A stretch of DNA of 64,000 nucleotides from Minutocellus sp. GHC0000111 (GCA_977018835.1 OZ361258.1:4836001-4900000), one strand, 5' to 3'; shown: positions 1 to 12,888, counted from the first letter of the stretch. Program-made: numbers and translations. Notes: generated by a model from the letters alone, not told the origin.

Positions 1-177
1 TTTTAATCATCACTCTACCTACATCCACAAAACCCATTTTTTACATTAGTTCTCGAAGGCCGTCGACATCTACTACCGGCTAGCCGGTAAGGCCACTAAA
101 ACCAACGCCAACGCCTCGCCAGGAATCCTGGATTTTGCCGCATTTTTTGCCGAAATTTACCCGCCGGAGCAGCATTA

Positions 178-1826
178 GTGAGAATGGAGCACCAGGGCGT
201 AGTCCAGAACTCCGTCCAAGCGCTTATATCATTCCATGTGTGCTGTCAGATAACGAAAGCAAATGAAATGATTGATCATGCTCATAAGGCGAGATTTGAA
301 CCCTTCCAACCTGCCGAGAAATCCAGATTTCGCCCCCCTCGACCCCGACCAGCCACAATAGGCTCCCTTGCGCAAAAAGTAGCAAAGGAAACCTCGACCT
401 AAGCCTAACGAAGCTTAGTTGTATCACAAATAACAAAGGGATGCCCTCCCGTGTTGCTATTTGTACTTGCTTGCTGTGGTTTTAATATCATCGCATCGCC
501 GAGGTCCTCAATTTTTTTCGCCCACGACCTCCGGGGGCCGAAATACATGTAGCGAGAATTGGTGGCCAAGCCATGATCCAAACCTCGGTCAAAGCGCTCA
601 TGTCATCCTTTGGATATATCAGTAGGGAACGGAAGTAAATGGAGCGAGAGATCTACTCCAGAAGGTGAGAAATTCAAACCCCTCCAAGCCTATCCAGAAT
701 CTTAAAAAAATACGTCGGCGACTCTGGGAGCTGAAATAGTGAGAATTGGTGGCCAAGCCATGATCCAAACCTCGGTCAAAGCGCTCACATCATCCTTTGA
801 ATATATCAGTAGGGAACGGAAGTAAATGGAGCGAGAGATCTTTTTCCAATGCTGAGATTCAAACCCTGCCAACACCGCTCAGACTCGCAAATTAGATATC
901 CCGGGATGATTCATACGTGTCATTAGGGATCAAAAGAAGGTCAAGATATCACCCAGTCATTAGTCCTAGCGCTCCTAAGATCCTTTGAATATAGTGACGG
1001 GTAATAGAAGCAAATGAAGCAGTAAAATGCGCTCAGCAGTATAGGGTCCAGCCTTCTTAATGAACGCCGAAAATGCCAGAAAATGACCCGTTATCGACCT
1101 CCGGGAGCAGCAATAGAGAGATTCGGTGGACAAGCCGCAGTCGGAACCTCGGACAAAAGCGCTCATATCATCCTTGAGGTATATCGGTAGGGAAAGGACG
1201 CAAATGGAGCGGGGTCCTGACTCGGCTAGGTGAGAATCAAACCCTCCCAGCCCACTCAGATCCTCAAAACCGGTGCTTCGAGGATGGTTCGTACGTGACA
1301 TTTGGGATCAAAAGTACATCAAGCCAAGCTCCAATCATCGGTCAAAGTTCTTGTAGCACCCTTTGTGTATTGTTCCTGGCAACGAAAGCAAATGAGGTAC
1401 TAGATCAAGCACAACAGGCAACGTTCCAGTCCTCTCACAACCGCAAAAATATAAGAAATGTCGCCGACGCCGACCTCCACGAAAGTAAGAATCGTGAATT
1501 GGACGATTTGGACGACGAGAAATTGACCAATCCTCTGTCAAAACTCTCATGTCATCAGTGTGGTACATCGGCAGGGAAATTGAGCAAGTAAAGTGGGGTC
1601 ATGAGATTCAAGCCATCCCAACACGTTCAGAATCTCAGAGATTCGTTGTCGTCGACCTTCGGGAGCAAGAATAGCGATGATTGACGCACAGGTCATTGCC
1701 CTTTCTTCGGCCCAAACGCTCATGGCTTTCCTCAAGTATAGCATCAGGCGACGGAAGCAAACGGAATAGACGATCTAGACGAACATCCGAGATTTAAGCC
1801 ATCTCAACAAATTAAGAATCGCAGAT
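178..1826. repeat. Degenerate tandem array of about 9 units of ~185-190 bp (satellite-like)
   Basis: Units start near 178, 360, 551, 738, 923, 1115, 1301, 1492 and 1672. Units 3 and 4 share ~100 nearly identical bases (GAGAATTGGTGGCCAAGCCATGATCCAAACCTCGGTCAAAGCGCTCA...). Motifs AAGCGCTCA, AAGCAAATG and CGACCTCC recur in register. No reading frame is conserved across units. Confidence 0.8.
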
Positions 1827-1871
1827 TTGTTGTCGTCCACAATTCAGACAACTCACAGCAGCAGGAGCATC

Positions 1872-2731
1872 TTATTTCCACACGCATACAACCTCTGGTT
1901 CACTACCCATCGGTCTTTTCTCCGAAGATACGCCAAAAACACATCCATCACGGTCCATGAATTTCAGGAATTTCACCAATGCGTCCTCCCCAGTAGACCC
2001 CATAGGAACAAGCTGAACAGTATCGGCAGGTCTCAGGAAGTTGCACCACTCAGACCGCTTGCCATTGTTTGAATTGTAGGCCATGGGCCCGTTCTCATCT
2101 TCCCAGCACAAAACTCCGTTATCATTGCCGTCGTCCACAAACGCAACGCCAATGGCGTCCATGCTGCTGCCAGCACCGGCACTCCTGGCACAATAGTACG
2201 AACCAACGTGATGATTGTTCAGACCCAGGACGAGACGAGCTCCATCTGTCCCACAAAGTGACGGCGGAAGGTCCAGCTCGGCCAGGAATGGTTCTTCTCT
2301 GCCACATTATACGAGTCTTCGACGCAACTTCTTGATTTCACAACCGTCGTGTGGAAGTATGCCAGAGCAGCTTGGTCAGATCGGTCAGATAGATCCAATT
2401 GAATGGCGCCATCAACAGCAGCACTTTCGATTGTAGCAGCTGCGGTTGTGCCGCCCTGCACATCAGGAAGGAGCGGCTCGTCGGTCACAGGATCAAACGG
2501 AAACACCATCATGCCGTGTTTGGGCAGACTCAATGAGGGAATTTCCGAAGACGGCGAGATGTCATGCCGTTTACGCATCGCTCGCACGTCCAGCACAAAC
2601 GAGGGGGTGGGCAGATCGCTGAGCAGAAGAAGAGCGTTCACCTGGCATTGCGTAGTAGTAGGATTTGAGATGCGAGTACAATGCATGGCGGCTAGAACGG
2701 CAAACATAAGCGGAACCGGCCTGCGCGTCAT
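1872..2731 (-). pseudogene. Frameshifted hypothetical protein with an N-terminal LSDLPTPSFVLD motif like D-serine dehydratase/alanine-racemase-fold enzymes
   Basis: ORF 2219-2731 changes frame near 2295 into FLAELDLPPSLCGTDGARLVLGLNNHHVGSYYCARSAGAGSSMDAIGV, which is continuous with ORF 1872-2162. No intron is evident at the switch. Confidence 0.6.
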
Positions 2732-2949
2732 GCTGGTGGTCTGGGTTGTGTTGAATCGGCGCGGCGGGGGCTACAATAGCACTTTGCTACGTAGGCCTAG
2801 TTTGTGTCTCATGGCGGCGCAAAATGAGAAAAAGAGGCAAAATGGTCTGCCCGTCAGCACGGTAAAACGTCACTGCATTCTCTGCTCTCTGCACAGATGC
2901 AAAAGATACGCATTCCGGCCGAAAGAAACACTGATAGTAAGTGCTGAGC

Positions 2950-4101
2950 ATGAACCCTCGTCTGGGTTTCGTTACCGGAAAAGCCACCACCTGGGTGGCC
3001 AGGTCGAGGGGATCGTTATCTGCAGGCGTCGCCGAGGCACGAAAACGACGCCTGGTGAAAAACTCCAGGATGTCACCACGGAGGGGTCTATGCTCCCTCG
3101 CCGGTCTTGGCGCAGCCACGGCAATTCTATCCCAGTCCCCTCGTTCGACCGAGGCATTTACCCTCCTCACCTTCGACGTGGATGGGACCCTCGTCTCATC
3201 GTCGGGCTGGGCCAAATCGGCACATGGCCGTGCCTACCCTCACGCGGTCAAGACCATCTTGGGCAATATCAATATCCAGAATAACGAGAAGCCAGTAACC
3301 GTACCATCGGTGCCCGATGCACTGAAGCGAGAGGAATATCACGGCTCGACGGATGGTCTAATCCTTCTCCGCTTGGCACGGGCGGCATTAGATACTCCAC
3401 CGGAAACTGCAGCGGCTCATCTGGACGATATGTTTGCCTGCATGTACGACTACATATCGGAATTGGACGACGAGGAGGTGGGAGCTGGATTGACTGTACT
3501 GCCGGGAGTTATCAATACCCTCGAAAGTCTCGCCGATATGAACGACGACGTTATATGTGGGCTGGTAACGGGAAATGTCGAGGGCATTGCGCGGCGAAAG
3601 ATGAGAGCAGTAGGCGTGCATCAGACGGGGGCACTGACTCCTCCCTCGGCATCGCAAGCGGCGAGCAAAAGTTGGCCGGGAGTGGATGACATTGGATTTC
3701 TTGGTGGCTTTGGATCCGATTATTGCAGTGGAGACGTCGATGATGCAACCAGGAATTATCTTGATCGAGGAGAACAGATTGCCATTGCTGTTGATAGGTG
3801 CAGAGAATTGATATCTGGAATGGATGGTGAAGAATCAGACGGCAAGCAAAACCTCAAGAGAGTAATACATATAGGCGATGCTCCTGCGGATGTTTTGGCG
3901 GCGAAATCTTTCTCACAACAATGTCAAGAGGTGGGAGATGACTTGTGTGTTGGCATGGTGGCTGTCGCTACTGGAAGTTATTCTGCCGCCGAGCTAAAAG
4001 AATTGACCGGAGAGCCAGTGAAGGGAACATGGGAACCGGTTGTTGTGGAGGATGGGATGGCAGACACAGATTTGTTTTTGAGAGCGTGTGGGGTTGTGTG
4101 A
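2950..4101 (+). CDS. HAD-superfamily hydrolase (phosphoglycolate phosphatase-like)
   Basis: Motif I FDVDGTL, motif II LVTGN, motif IV IGDAPAD. The ORF is uninterrupted. The start codon is uncertain (2950 or a later ATG). Confidence 0.85.
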   Translation: MNPRLGFVTGKATTWVARSRGSLSAGVAEARKRRLVKNSRMSPRRGLCSLAGLGAATAILSQSPRSTEAFTLLTFDVDGTLVSSSGWAKSAHGRAYPHAVKTILGNINIQNNEKPVTVPSVPDALKREEYHGSTDGLILLRLARAALDTPPETAAAHLDDMFACMYDYISELDDEEVGAGLTVLPGVINTLESLADMNDDVICGLVTGNVEGIARRKMRAVGVHQTGALTPPSASQAASKSWPGVDDIGFLGGFGSDYCSGDVDDATRNYLDRGEQIAIAVDRCRELISGMDGEESDGKQNLKRVIHIGDAPADVLAAKSFSQQCQEVGDDLCVGMVAVATGSYSAAELKELTGEPVKGTWEPVVVEDGMADTDLFLRACGVV

Positions 4102-4325
4102 TGATGCTCATGTGTAGGATAGGAGAGGGCATGGCCTGCAGCTTCCAAACTTTGCCAAGCAAAATCTGCTTATCTAAGCTACACGTAGACTAGATCTAGC
4201 TACGCACTAGCAGGAGAGGGTTTCGGTTTGTGACAAAGAAAATTTTGGACCATTCATCATGTAGAAGGGCTAAAAATAAAAAGCTGTACATGTAGAGTAG
4301 TTGCCGAATTAAGAGGCAGACCTAA

Positions 4326-5150
4326 TTAAGAGCCAGCCTGTTGCCAAAGCCTCCTCCCCTGGTACGCCCGTTCGATGAGGTGCCAATTTGTCTCCGTTGG
4401 ATGCATGCCGTCCTTGTGAAAGATCCAGAAGCATGCGTGGAGTAGGACGAGAGTAGGACGAGAGTAGGACGAGAGTAGGACGAGAGTAGGACGAGAGTAG
4501 GATGAGAGTAGGACGAGAGTAGGACGAGAGTAGGACGAAGGCGCCGCAGTTCCATCCGTCGGTCTGAGTGAATCCATGTAGAGCTGTAATTTCGCCGTCC
4601 CAGTCGTCTGGGACAAGGATGGAGTCCTTGATAGCGTCTCTTGTGTCCTCATCTTGGAGGGAGTCCATCAGGTGTGTGCGGATGGTCCCATCTGGGTCTC
4701 GTTCCCGGATGAGCAGGGTCCAGTGGAGGCCGTAGTGCCATGCCGTGATGATGACGGGGTCCAGGAGGGTTGATCGGTCGCAGGGGTCGGTTCTGGTCGC
4801 TCGGCGGCGGCGGAGGCTGTACGCAATCGACGGATCTCGCGCGTTTCTACGGAGGATGTCAATGTTATTGGAGGGCCACCGTCGACGGACGAGGCTATGT
4901 GGGCTTTGTGCGCAGAGGCATTTGCCGAGGAGACGAGGCGGTAGGCGTGGCCCGGTCCCGATCGGTGATTTGGCCCGATGGGATGGAGGCGGAGGCTGAG
5001 GCCTGGTCGGTGGGATTCTGTAGTTCTCGGGTTGTTAGGTTGTTCTCTGTTAGGTGGGGAGGACATGCTTTGGGAAGTAGGCCTATTGGTGTCGCGCGGT
5101 GCGCGATCTGTCCGCGACGTCGCTTGGGGCGTGCGGAAGCCGGCCATTGC
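4326..5150 (-). mobile_element. Remnant encoding a Ulp1/C48 (SUMO-protease-like) domain, probably transposon-derived
   Basis: Minus strand reads HYGLHWTLLI...MDSL...QTDGWNCGAFVLL, giving the His, Asp, Gln and Cys order of C48 proteases. It is frameshifted, broken by a minisatellite, and preceded by a Pro/Thr-rich segment. Confidence 0.6.
4440..4538. repeat. Minisatellite (GAGTAGGACGA) x9
   Basis: Nine 11-bp units read directly, one with a C>T variant. Confidence 0.95.
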
Positions 5151-5198
5151 GGGCCGCCTGAGAAATCGGCGGCACCGCATCTCAGGGGGAACCCGGAT

Positions 5199-5319
5199 TT
5201 ACGTTGGGTTGCCGATTGCTGCATGTGCATGTGCGTAGAACTGAGGACATTCCACTTTACGTGGTTGCCGATTGCTACTAGGTGCATGTGCATGTACTTA
5301 GAACTGAGGACATTCCACT
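5199..5319. repeat. Imperfect ~60-bp tandem duplication
   Basis: GGTTGCCGATTGCT...TGCATGTGCATGT...TAGAACTGAGGACATTCCACT occurs twice. Confidence 0.8.
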
Positions 5320-5871
5320 CCCAGACCCAACCAACTCCCCCCCCGAAAAGACACATGCCTCGGGCCTGGAAACCCCACCACAGCAGCAATGCACAGCTTT
5401 GGCAGTGACCTTTGCAATCTCCTCCGCGGACCGCCACACCAAATGTGACCTCGAACCACACTCCAGCCCTGAAGCGAATTGGAAGGAAGAGGCCCATGCT
5501 CCACTCACCGATGGCACGTACCAAGCGGGTCGCACCGTGGTCACCCCGCACCCGCCCCTGGACTGCCAGACCATGCTGGCCGAGCTCAAACAAAGCCTTC
5601 GACTCAACCCCAACGACGACGTCAACGACGCCCACATGTTCGTTCGACCTGCCGCGACAACTCCCGCCCGTGTGGCGCGCAAGCCGAAACCACGACCGCG
5701 TCATCATCAATTTCAACTACAAATGTCATTGGACTGCTGCCGCCGAAATGCGCCGGAGAAGCCGAAACACCTTCACCCTTACTTTTATCACGACGGCCAC
5801 GGCACCGCCACCCACATGGACGACCTGGAGACCCCATCCTCAACAACACTGCACTAAAAAATAACAAAATG

Positions 5872-6119
5872 TGCACCATGTGCGAGGCACAGAGATGCGA
5901 AAAGGCAGAACAAAGCAGTTGTGTAAAGTTGTTGGAAATAGATTGTGACTAGAGTAGAGAGATTAAACTAGATTTTTTGACAAGATTGATCTCCAACTTG
6001 ATGCGATCTGCATCTACGTTGGGAGACACGTTGCCAGATCTTGGCACGACACATGATCTGAGCTCGACGGGAACAGCGAGCGTATCCATATGACGTCATT
6101 CAGACGATCACATGTTGCA
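5872..6119 (-). repeat. 3' LTR of the Gypsy element (248 bp)
   Basis: On the minus strand it starts TGCAACATG just after a purine-rich tract (GAGCGTGGGGCCGAA) downstream of integrase. It ends CATGGTGCA, giving TG...CA ends and a 9-bp imperfect inverted repeat. Confidence 0.75.
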
Positions 6120-9100
6120 TTCGGCCCCACGCTCGATGTTGTCGAAAACTCCTGTAGGCCTCCTTACTGTTCCCGGAACGGCGTCACTCGTCTGATGTTG
6201 ACGCGTTCGGAAATTGGCCCTTTCTCAATCCTGACATTCCCGCTTTCAGGGAGAAACTCGAGGACTTTGTACGGTCCGAGGTAAGGACGCTCGTACTTGT
6301 TGGCTTGCTCGTTGAGCAACAATATCTTGTCGGCTCGGCGATAGCGATGAGGAATTCTCATATCGTTCTCACGTTCATTATTCTTTTTTATTATCTTTTG
6401 CTTCTGCTCTCGTATAAGTCGCCAGTCAGCTACGTGACGAACATTAAAAAAATAATACATCACGTCCAAATACTAGCTGTCCCGGACTTGCTTTCAGCGT
6501 TGTATGATATGTGCTGCGAATTCCATACGCAGCGGCGGCAAGAACGCCTTGCCAATCGAAATCGACATCTTCTGAAGTTTCGAGATCCTTGGAACGAACC
6601 ATCGACGCCAAAGTCTGATGTATTCGCTCTACAATTGAGTTTGCTTGTGGATTTGCCATAGTAGCAAATTTCACCTCAATATTACATTCTTCTTCGCAGA
6701 GTTCATCCTTGAACGCACTGCCAATAAATTCTTTGCCACGATCGACGGTAACTTCCGTTGGACGTGGATATCTCGATAGCCATGTGTACTCGACAATGTT
6801 GGCTACGATCATCGACCTTTTTTATCATCATAAGTAGCGATCTCAAACCATCCGGTTGCTGGATCGATCATTGTTACGGCTTTCAGCTGTAAGTCAGGCT
6901 TATGTTTTCCCTTGCGGCGAATAGTATATGGTCCGATAAGATCGACACATAATTTTTCCCATGGTTCTGCTTCTGCTACTTTCTCTGGCAGATGGCCAAA
7001 CTTGCGAATTTGCTTCTTGCTTTTCTGACAAGTCGCGCATTTTGTTACTGCGGCCTTCACTTCATCTTGTAGGCCTGGCCAATAGAGGTGTTGCTTTATT
7101 GTTTCCTCCGTCCTGGTCGCTCCAGGATGCATAAGATACGTGTGGTACCATTCAATCACGTGCTTACGCAGGGGTTTCGGTACATAGATCTTCCCCTGGG
7201 ATGTGCAGGCGAGGTCAATTTGCTTGCCTCCGGCCCCACGAAAGGACTGCGTATGTAGTTTCTTAGCGCTAATTTGGTCAGATACGCTTGCGTCCCGATT
7301 TTGCAACATTTTGTACGATAAAGGCATTGAGCCAACGTCAGCGCGATCCAACGCGACGTCGTATCTTTCCGCCAATTCGACGTTCGAAACAAACGATTCG
7401 TCAAAGGTTTCAGGGTCATTTTCGGTCGGAAGGCCAGATAGGCCGAGCCGGGAAAGAGCGTCAGCTGCTACCTAGGTACCTAGGTACGTTATCAAGGCCT
7501 TTGACATAAATAATTTCGGGACCATATTCTTCAATGAGCAGACGCCAGCGCATCACGCGGTCTGTATTGAACTGTTTGTATGTCAGTATAAATCTTGACT
7601 TTCTGGCCAAGAAGGATGTTTCTGAATTCCTTGAGAGTTTCTACGATACTCAAAAGTTCTCGTTCCGTTGTCGTGTAGCGCGTCTGCGCGTCAGACAATT
7701 TGCGGGAATAGAATGCGATAGGCCTTCCCTTCTGAGAAATAACGGCCCCGAGTTGGGTTTTGCTTGCGTCGGTGTGAATGATGAACTCGTCATCGAAGTC
7801 AGGATAAGCGAGGAGCGCGTCACGTCCGATGATACGCTTCATCTCGTCGAACGCTTCTTGTTCGACGGTCGTCCATACGAATTTATTTTTCTTGGACGTC
7901 AGTTTTGTGAGAGGCGCGAGAATATGTGCTCGTCGAGGCCACATGTCGCGGTAGTCATTGACAAGGCCGACGAATCGACGGACTTGCTTGACGGATTTTG
8001 GCGGAGCAAGATTAGCAACTGCTTCAACTTTCTTTGCGAGGGGACGGATGCCATCGCGCGTCACCCAGTATCCAAGGTATTCGCATTCGAAGTGGCCAAA
8101 GAATGATTTGTCTGCATTTACTTTCAGGCCAGCCTCGGCAATTCTGAGAAGTACACGCTCGAGTTCCTCGAGGTGATTATCCCATGTATCTTTTGTAGTA
8201 AGAAGCACATCATCCAGATATGCTTGGATATGCTCGAAACCATAGAATAAATCATTAATTTTCTCTTGGAATATATCAGGAGCATTGCAGATATGCCCAT
8301 CGGCAGCCTACAATATTCGTATTTGCCCCAAGGCAGGACGATGGTGCATAAGCGTCGTGCATTTGGAGTAAGTTGAAGATGATAATATCCCATATTAAGA
8401 TCTAAGCTAGTAGCGTACTTGAATCCTTCCAATTTCAGTAGCATGTCTTTAATGTTAGGTATTGGGAATGGTTTTCTTTGGATACGTTTGTTGAGTTCTC
8501 TGAAATCTGTCAGAAAGCGAATAGTACCGTTCTTTTTGGCTTGAGCAAAGCATGGAGCTCCCCATTCTGAGTCATTGCATCGCCGTAGTACTCCAATTTC
8601 GCACAAGCGATCGATTTCATCGCGAAATACTTTGTCATGTACCCTCGGTACAGGAAATGGCTTGGCGTGGAATGGCTTGGCCTGGTGCCTTCCTTTAGAT
8701 TTATGTCGACAGGTGTAGTATTCCATGTACCAAGCGTGCCATCAAATAAAAATTCATATTTTGAGAGTAGATTGAATAACTTATTGCGCTCATCCGATTC
8801 TAGGTGAGTGCAGCCATCGGCTATCTTTCGCAGGTCTGCCTTATGATAGTTTGCGGCTGAGATCCGAGTTGCGCGATCTGACATTTCACGTACAGTTTCG
8901 CTGTCGTGCGCTTCTTCGTCATAAATGTCTTCTGCTCGGAAACTCAAGATTTCTGAAAAGTCTTTCATGGGCGTCGAGCATCCATCGCTCCACGTGGAAT
9001 CCGAGACTGACGCAGAGATTCTGCTTGCGTGGCGGATGATGACGTCAAATAATTTAAATTGCTTCTTTGTCCGAAATATCAAGACGAACTTTGCACCTGT

Positions 9101-9130
9101 GACCTCATTTCGAAGCGTGCTCAGACATGA
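5872..9130 (-). mobile_element. Degenerate, 5'-truncated Ty3/Gypsy LTR retrotransposon (partial protease, RT, RNase H, integrase, 3' LTR)
   Basis: RT motifs (LDLNMGYYHL, YCRLPMGI), RNase H (IHTDASKTQLGAV, YTTTERELLSI), integrase H2C2 and core (HPGATRT, CATC, VDLIGP, VDRGKEF, PYLGPY). Domain order RT-RH-INT is the Gypsy order. Several frameshifts; gag and 5' LTR absent. Confidence 0.93.
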
Positions 9131-10382
9131 CTAGGAAATACAAAATTACGTACAATATAGTACAAAAATACAGGCACTACTGACGGATAAAAATGAGTGG
9201 ATGGTAGAGCTTTGGCATAATGTGGGCAATTTTTCACCAAAACCAACTGCTTGCTTCTTTGAGCCTTCATGGGTGATTTCTGCGCGACTTTTCGCTTGTT
9301 GCGCACCGACCGTACTGTATGCCATTTTTCGAGAGATAAAACCTCAACTCTTGTACCGGCATTTGCATTCGGCAAACCCATCCACCACATACCACCCCAC
9401 CCCCACCCTACACTCACCCCACCTTCACCCCCACCCCGCACGCGTCTTCGGACCACCATTCACACTCACATTCACGCACTCTGTTGTTTGGTAACGATTA
9501 CCAAGGTGAGAAAAATTCCCGACCGATTTCGGACGGTTGTCCCGGAGGCCTTTCTGCATGTGAATCGGCGAGGTGAATCTGGTCTATCCAAGACGGTTAG
9601 AGGGCGACCGCTACCTTTCTCCAGTAGCTTGATCTGTGGGGAAATGGTTGCTTGTTGCCATGGTATGCTCGTATCTTCCTCTTTCCGAAAACAGCACATG
9701 ATGTGCTCGTTTTACCAGGTCGGAAAGTCAATTTTCAATGTCTTGATGGCAGTCTTCTCTTTTTCGCTGCAACTGCAAGACGAGGCTGAATCTCGAAGAA
9801 GATCGAAGGAAGAGAGGTGCCAAATCAAACCAATCGCCTGCCAAGACATGTACCCAGCATATTCCCGGCTGGCACCATAGTCTCTGATCCTTTTGTTGTC
9901 TTTTACCATCACAACTTACTCACGAAATTTTTTTCTCCGCGGTAACCGGTAAATCACAATCCCGACTCCGCTCCGCCGCCGCCAACGCATGAACCCTCCC
10001 CTTTCCTCCTTGACTCCAGATTCATCATCCACCTCACCACACACCGACTGAACTGTATTACTAGTCATCGCACATCATCCATCGCAATCTTTTTGATATC
10101 TATTTGAAGAAGAGCCACATTGTTTTCAACGCGCTCCTTTTGGTATCAACACTTTTTACGAGTCACAGCACATTTTTTCCGGGGGGACAATCACATCAAA
10201 ACCGCTCAAGGGTAAACCATCACAATACAACATCTTTTGTATCAATTAATTCAGGCCGAATTCTAAACAAGACAAGAAGGAGAAGAAGCGGACGCGAACT
10301 CTCTCGAAGAAAAGACAAAATAACCAGCAACAACATCTTCCGGAACTAAATCAACGCAATCCAACTTTAGAGATCAAACATC

Positions 10383-12888
10383 ATGACCGCGAACGAATGG
10401 CCAGCCATTGATTCCACCGCCGTTTCGGCCTCGTCCGATCTGTTCGGCGGGGATCTGTTTGGCGACGAGCTGATGGACATGTACAACTCTTCGGCCATGC
10501 CCGATGGACACGATGCCAACATCGAGTCGATTGGGGGTGAGTAATTTTGTTTTGGGATGTATGTGTATTTGGCGCCAACTAACTTGATTACTTTCAAATG
10601 TGCATGAATGAAGTATTTCACTGATTAACTTATCACTGGGACTCCCAAATTATGTACCTGCAGATCTGTCCGCACCGGCGGACGTTCCTCACTCGACTTC
10701 TCATGGCTCCATGGTTTCGGCCGGTGGTCTGGATGATGGTCTTGGCTCCTTCCGACCCTCGACCTCGTTCAATGACTTTGGCGCTCTTCTCAAGGACGAG
10801 CCGTCCAGCACTCCCTCGAGTCCTGGCGGCAGCGTCGTGGCCGACTCGCCCGAGGCCGAGGCCGCCAAGGCCGCCGGATCCAAGTGCGGCAAGAGGGTTG
10901 GTACCCGTGCCGCCACCCGAGCCGCCGACAAGGCTTGTGGTGCCACCACCACTTCTGCCAAGACCCTTGGCAAGACCGGCGGTATTTTGTCGCCCTCGCC
11001 CGCCAAGGGTGCTGCCGGTACCGCCGGAAGTGCAAAGAAGCGTTCTCGTCCCTCGACCTCGCCCAAGGCTCCCGGTACCGCCGTCGATGCCTCGGCCAAA
11101 AAGAGCAAGACTGTTGCCGGCACGGCTCCAGGTATTGCCAAGGCAACGGTTGCTCCTGTTGCCAAGGGTAAAACTGTCCATCCCGTCAGCCCCACGCCGG
11201 CTGGAAAGACAACCAAGCCCGCCGCGGGTGCCAAGGGTACCGCCGTTACTGCCAGCGGCAAGGTCGTGACCAACCCCCTCACCCCTGGAAGCAAGGCTGC
11301 CGCCGCGGCTGCTGCCAAGGCCAGCGCCTCTACCGCCGCTGCCTCGGCTGCCGCTGCTGCCAAGACGGTCAGTACGGCCCGTCGTCTCATCACCTCGACG
11401 ACGTCGACTACCACCTCCACCGTTGGGGTCAAGGCTCCAGCTCCTGCGGTTACCGCCGCCAATGCGACGGCGGCCGCTGCGGCTGCAAGAGCCGCCGCTG
11501 CCAAGGCTGCCGCGACTTCTGCCCAGGCCAAGGAGCTCACCGAGCACGACTTCCGAGGAGTTGCCCAGGCTGCCGTCAAGAATCTCATGATGTCGGTCGG
11601 CGGTAGCAAGAGCGGATCTACCACCGCTGCGGCTCCCACCACTACCCCCGCTGCCGTTCCCTCGTCGGCCAGCGCCAGACCGACCGCTACCACTTCCGCC
11701 GCGGACAAGAAGCCCATCAACACCAGCTCGTCGCACATCGCCGCCCTCACGTCGTCGAACTGGGTCCAGGCCTGCTCTGAGGGCGTTGGTGACGCCGATC
11801 AGGCCGCCGCCCTCGCCGCCGCTGCTGCCGCCAATGACCCGGCTCATTCCAAGGCTGCTCGTGCCCGCCGTGCCAACCTCACCCCCGACGAGCGCGCCAG
11901 GCAGAATCGCGACCGCAACAGGGAGCACGCTCGCAATACCCGTCTCCGCAAGAAGGCCTACGTAGAGGAGCTCAAGAAGACTCTCACCGAGCTCGTCGCG
12001 CAGAGGGATGCCGCCGAGCTCGATCGTCGTCATGAGGCTCAGCGCGACCTGGAGGTCCGTGAGGTTCGCTTCCGCGTGATGGAGGAGTTCCTCAAGCTCC
12101 GCAGCCAGGGCGATAACCCCAACCTGCTCACGCGCTGGTCTGCCATCATGGAGGATGGCTTCACTCTTACCATTCCCCGGACGGACTACCGCCCCATCGT
12201 TGCCGGACAGACGACGATGCGCCGGGCCGTTTCCATCGACGCCACCTCCACGTCCATCCTCAAGTCGGAGTCCCTCGAGCAGATCCTCAGGGGACCCAAC
12301 CAGGTTATGGAGGATGCCTCCAACTTGGCCTCATTCGTCAATACCTTCGGCGACAGTACCTCGAACGCCGGTCCTGTGAGGTTTGCCTACCACTGCGAGC
12401 GCAAGAACTTCATGATGGACGGCGTCAATGCCATCCTTCACTGGACCGCCTCGACTGCTGGTGCCGTCGCCAAGGGTGCACCCTCGGAGATGGTGGTCAA
12501 GGGTATGATGAAGGCCAACTTCAGCCCCGCGTCGAACAAGCTCAACTCCGCCGAGTTGCTCTTCGACACCGGATGCATCACCTCCCAAGCCAGGAGCCTC
12601 ATCACGACGCCTACCGTCGTCACGACCTCGCAGATCTTGTCAAGCGCCCTTTCGGTGACTGACAAGACCACCTCTGCCCACGTCGACATGGTGGTCAACG
12701 ACGCGGACGCGCTCCTCGACTCGCTTCAGATGCCACACGTCACATCGTCGGGAAATATGTCGACTGTCGTATCTACGGCCTCAATGGATGGGACCAACAC
12801 TCCCGCTATCAGCTCGTGCGACGAGGGAGAGGTCTCCGAGTCGGCCCAAAGTGCCCCCGCTACGAGGCGAAGCACTCGGATCCACTAA
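10383..12888 (+). CDS. bZIP transcription factor, 2 exons (10383-10536, 10664-12888)
   Basis: Basic region ERARQNRDRNREHARNTRLRKKAYVEELKKTLTEL. A GTGAGT...CTGCAG phase-1 intron joins MTANEWPAID... in frame to ORF 10711-12888. Long Ala/Thr/Lys-rich region. Confidence 0.88.

Noticed and set aside
4440..4538. Short repeats as a CRISPR array
   Set aside because: The units are head-to-tail with no spacers, there are no cas genes, and the context is eukaryotic.
5340..5870. C-rich ORFs ending in an A-rich tail as a non-LTR 3' end
   Set aside because: No RT, RNase H or endonuclease motif was recognised, so it is left unannotated.
10633..12033. Long antisense and alternative-frame ORFs over the bZIP gene (similar ones overlie the P450, DUF305 and PPAT genes)
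   Set aside because: Shadow ORFs expected from GC-rich codon usage; no recognisable motifs.
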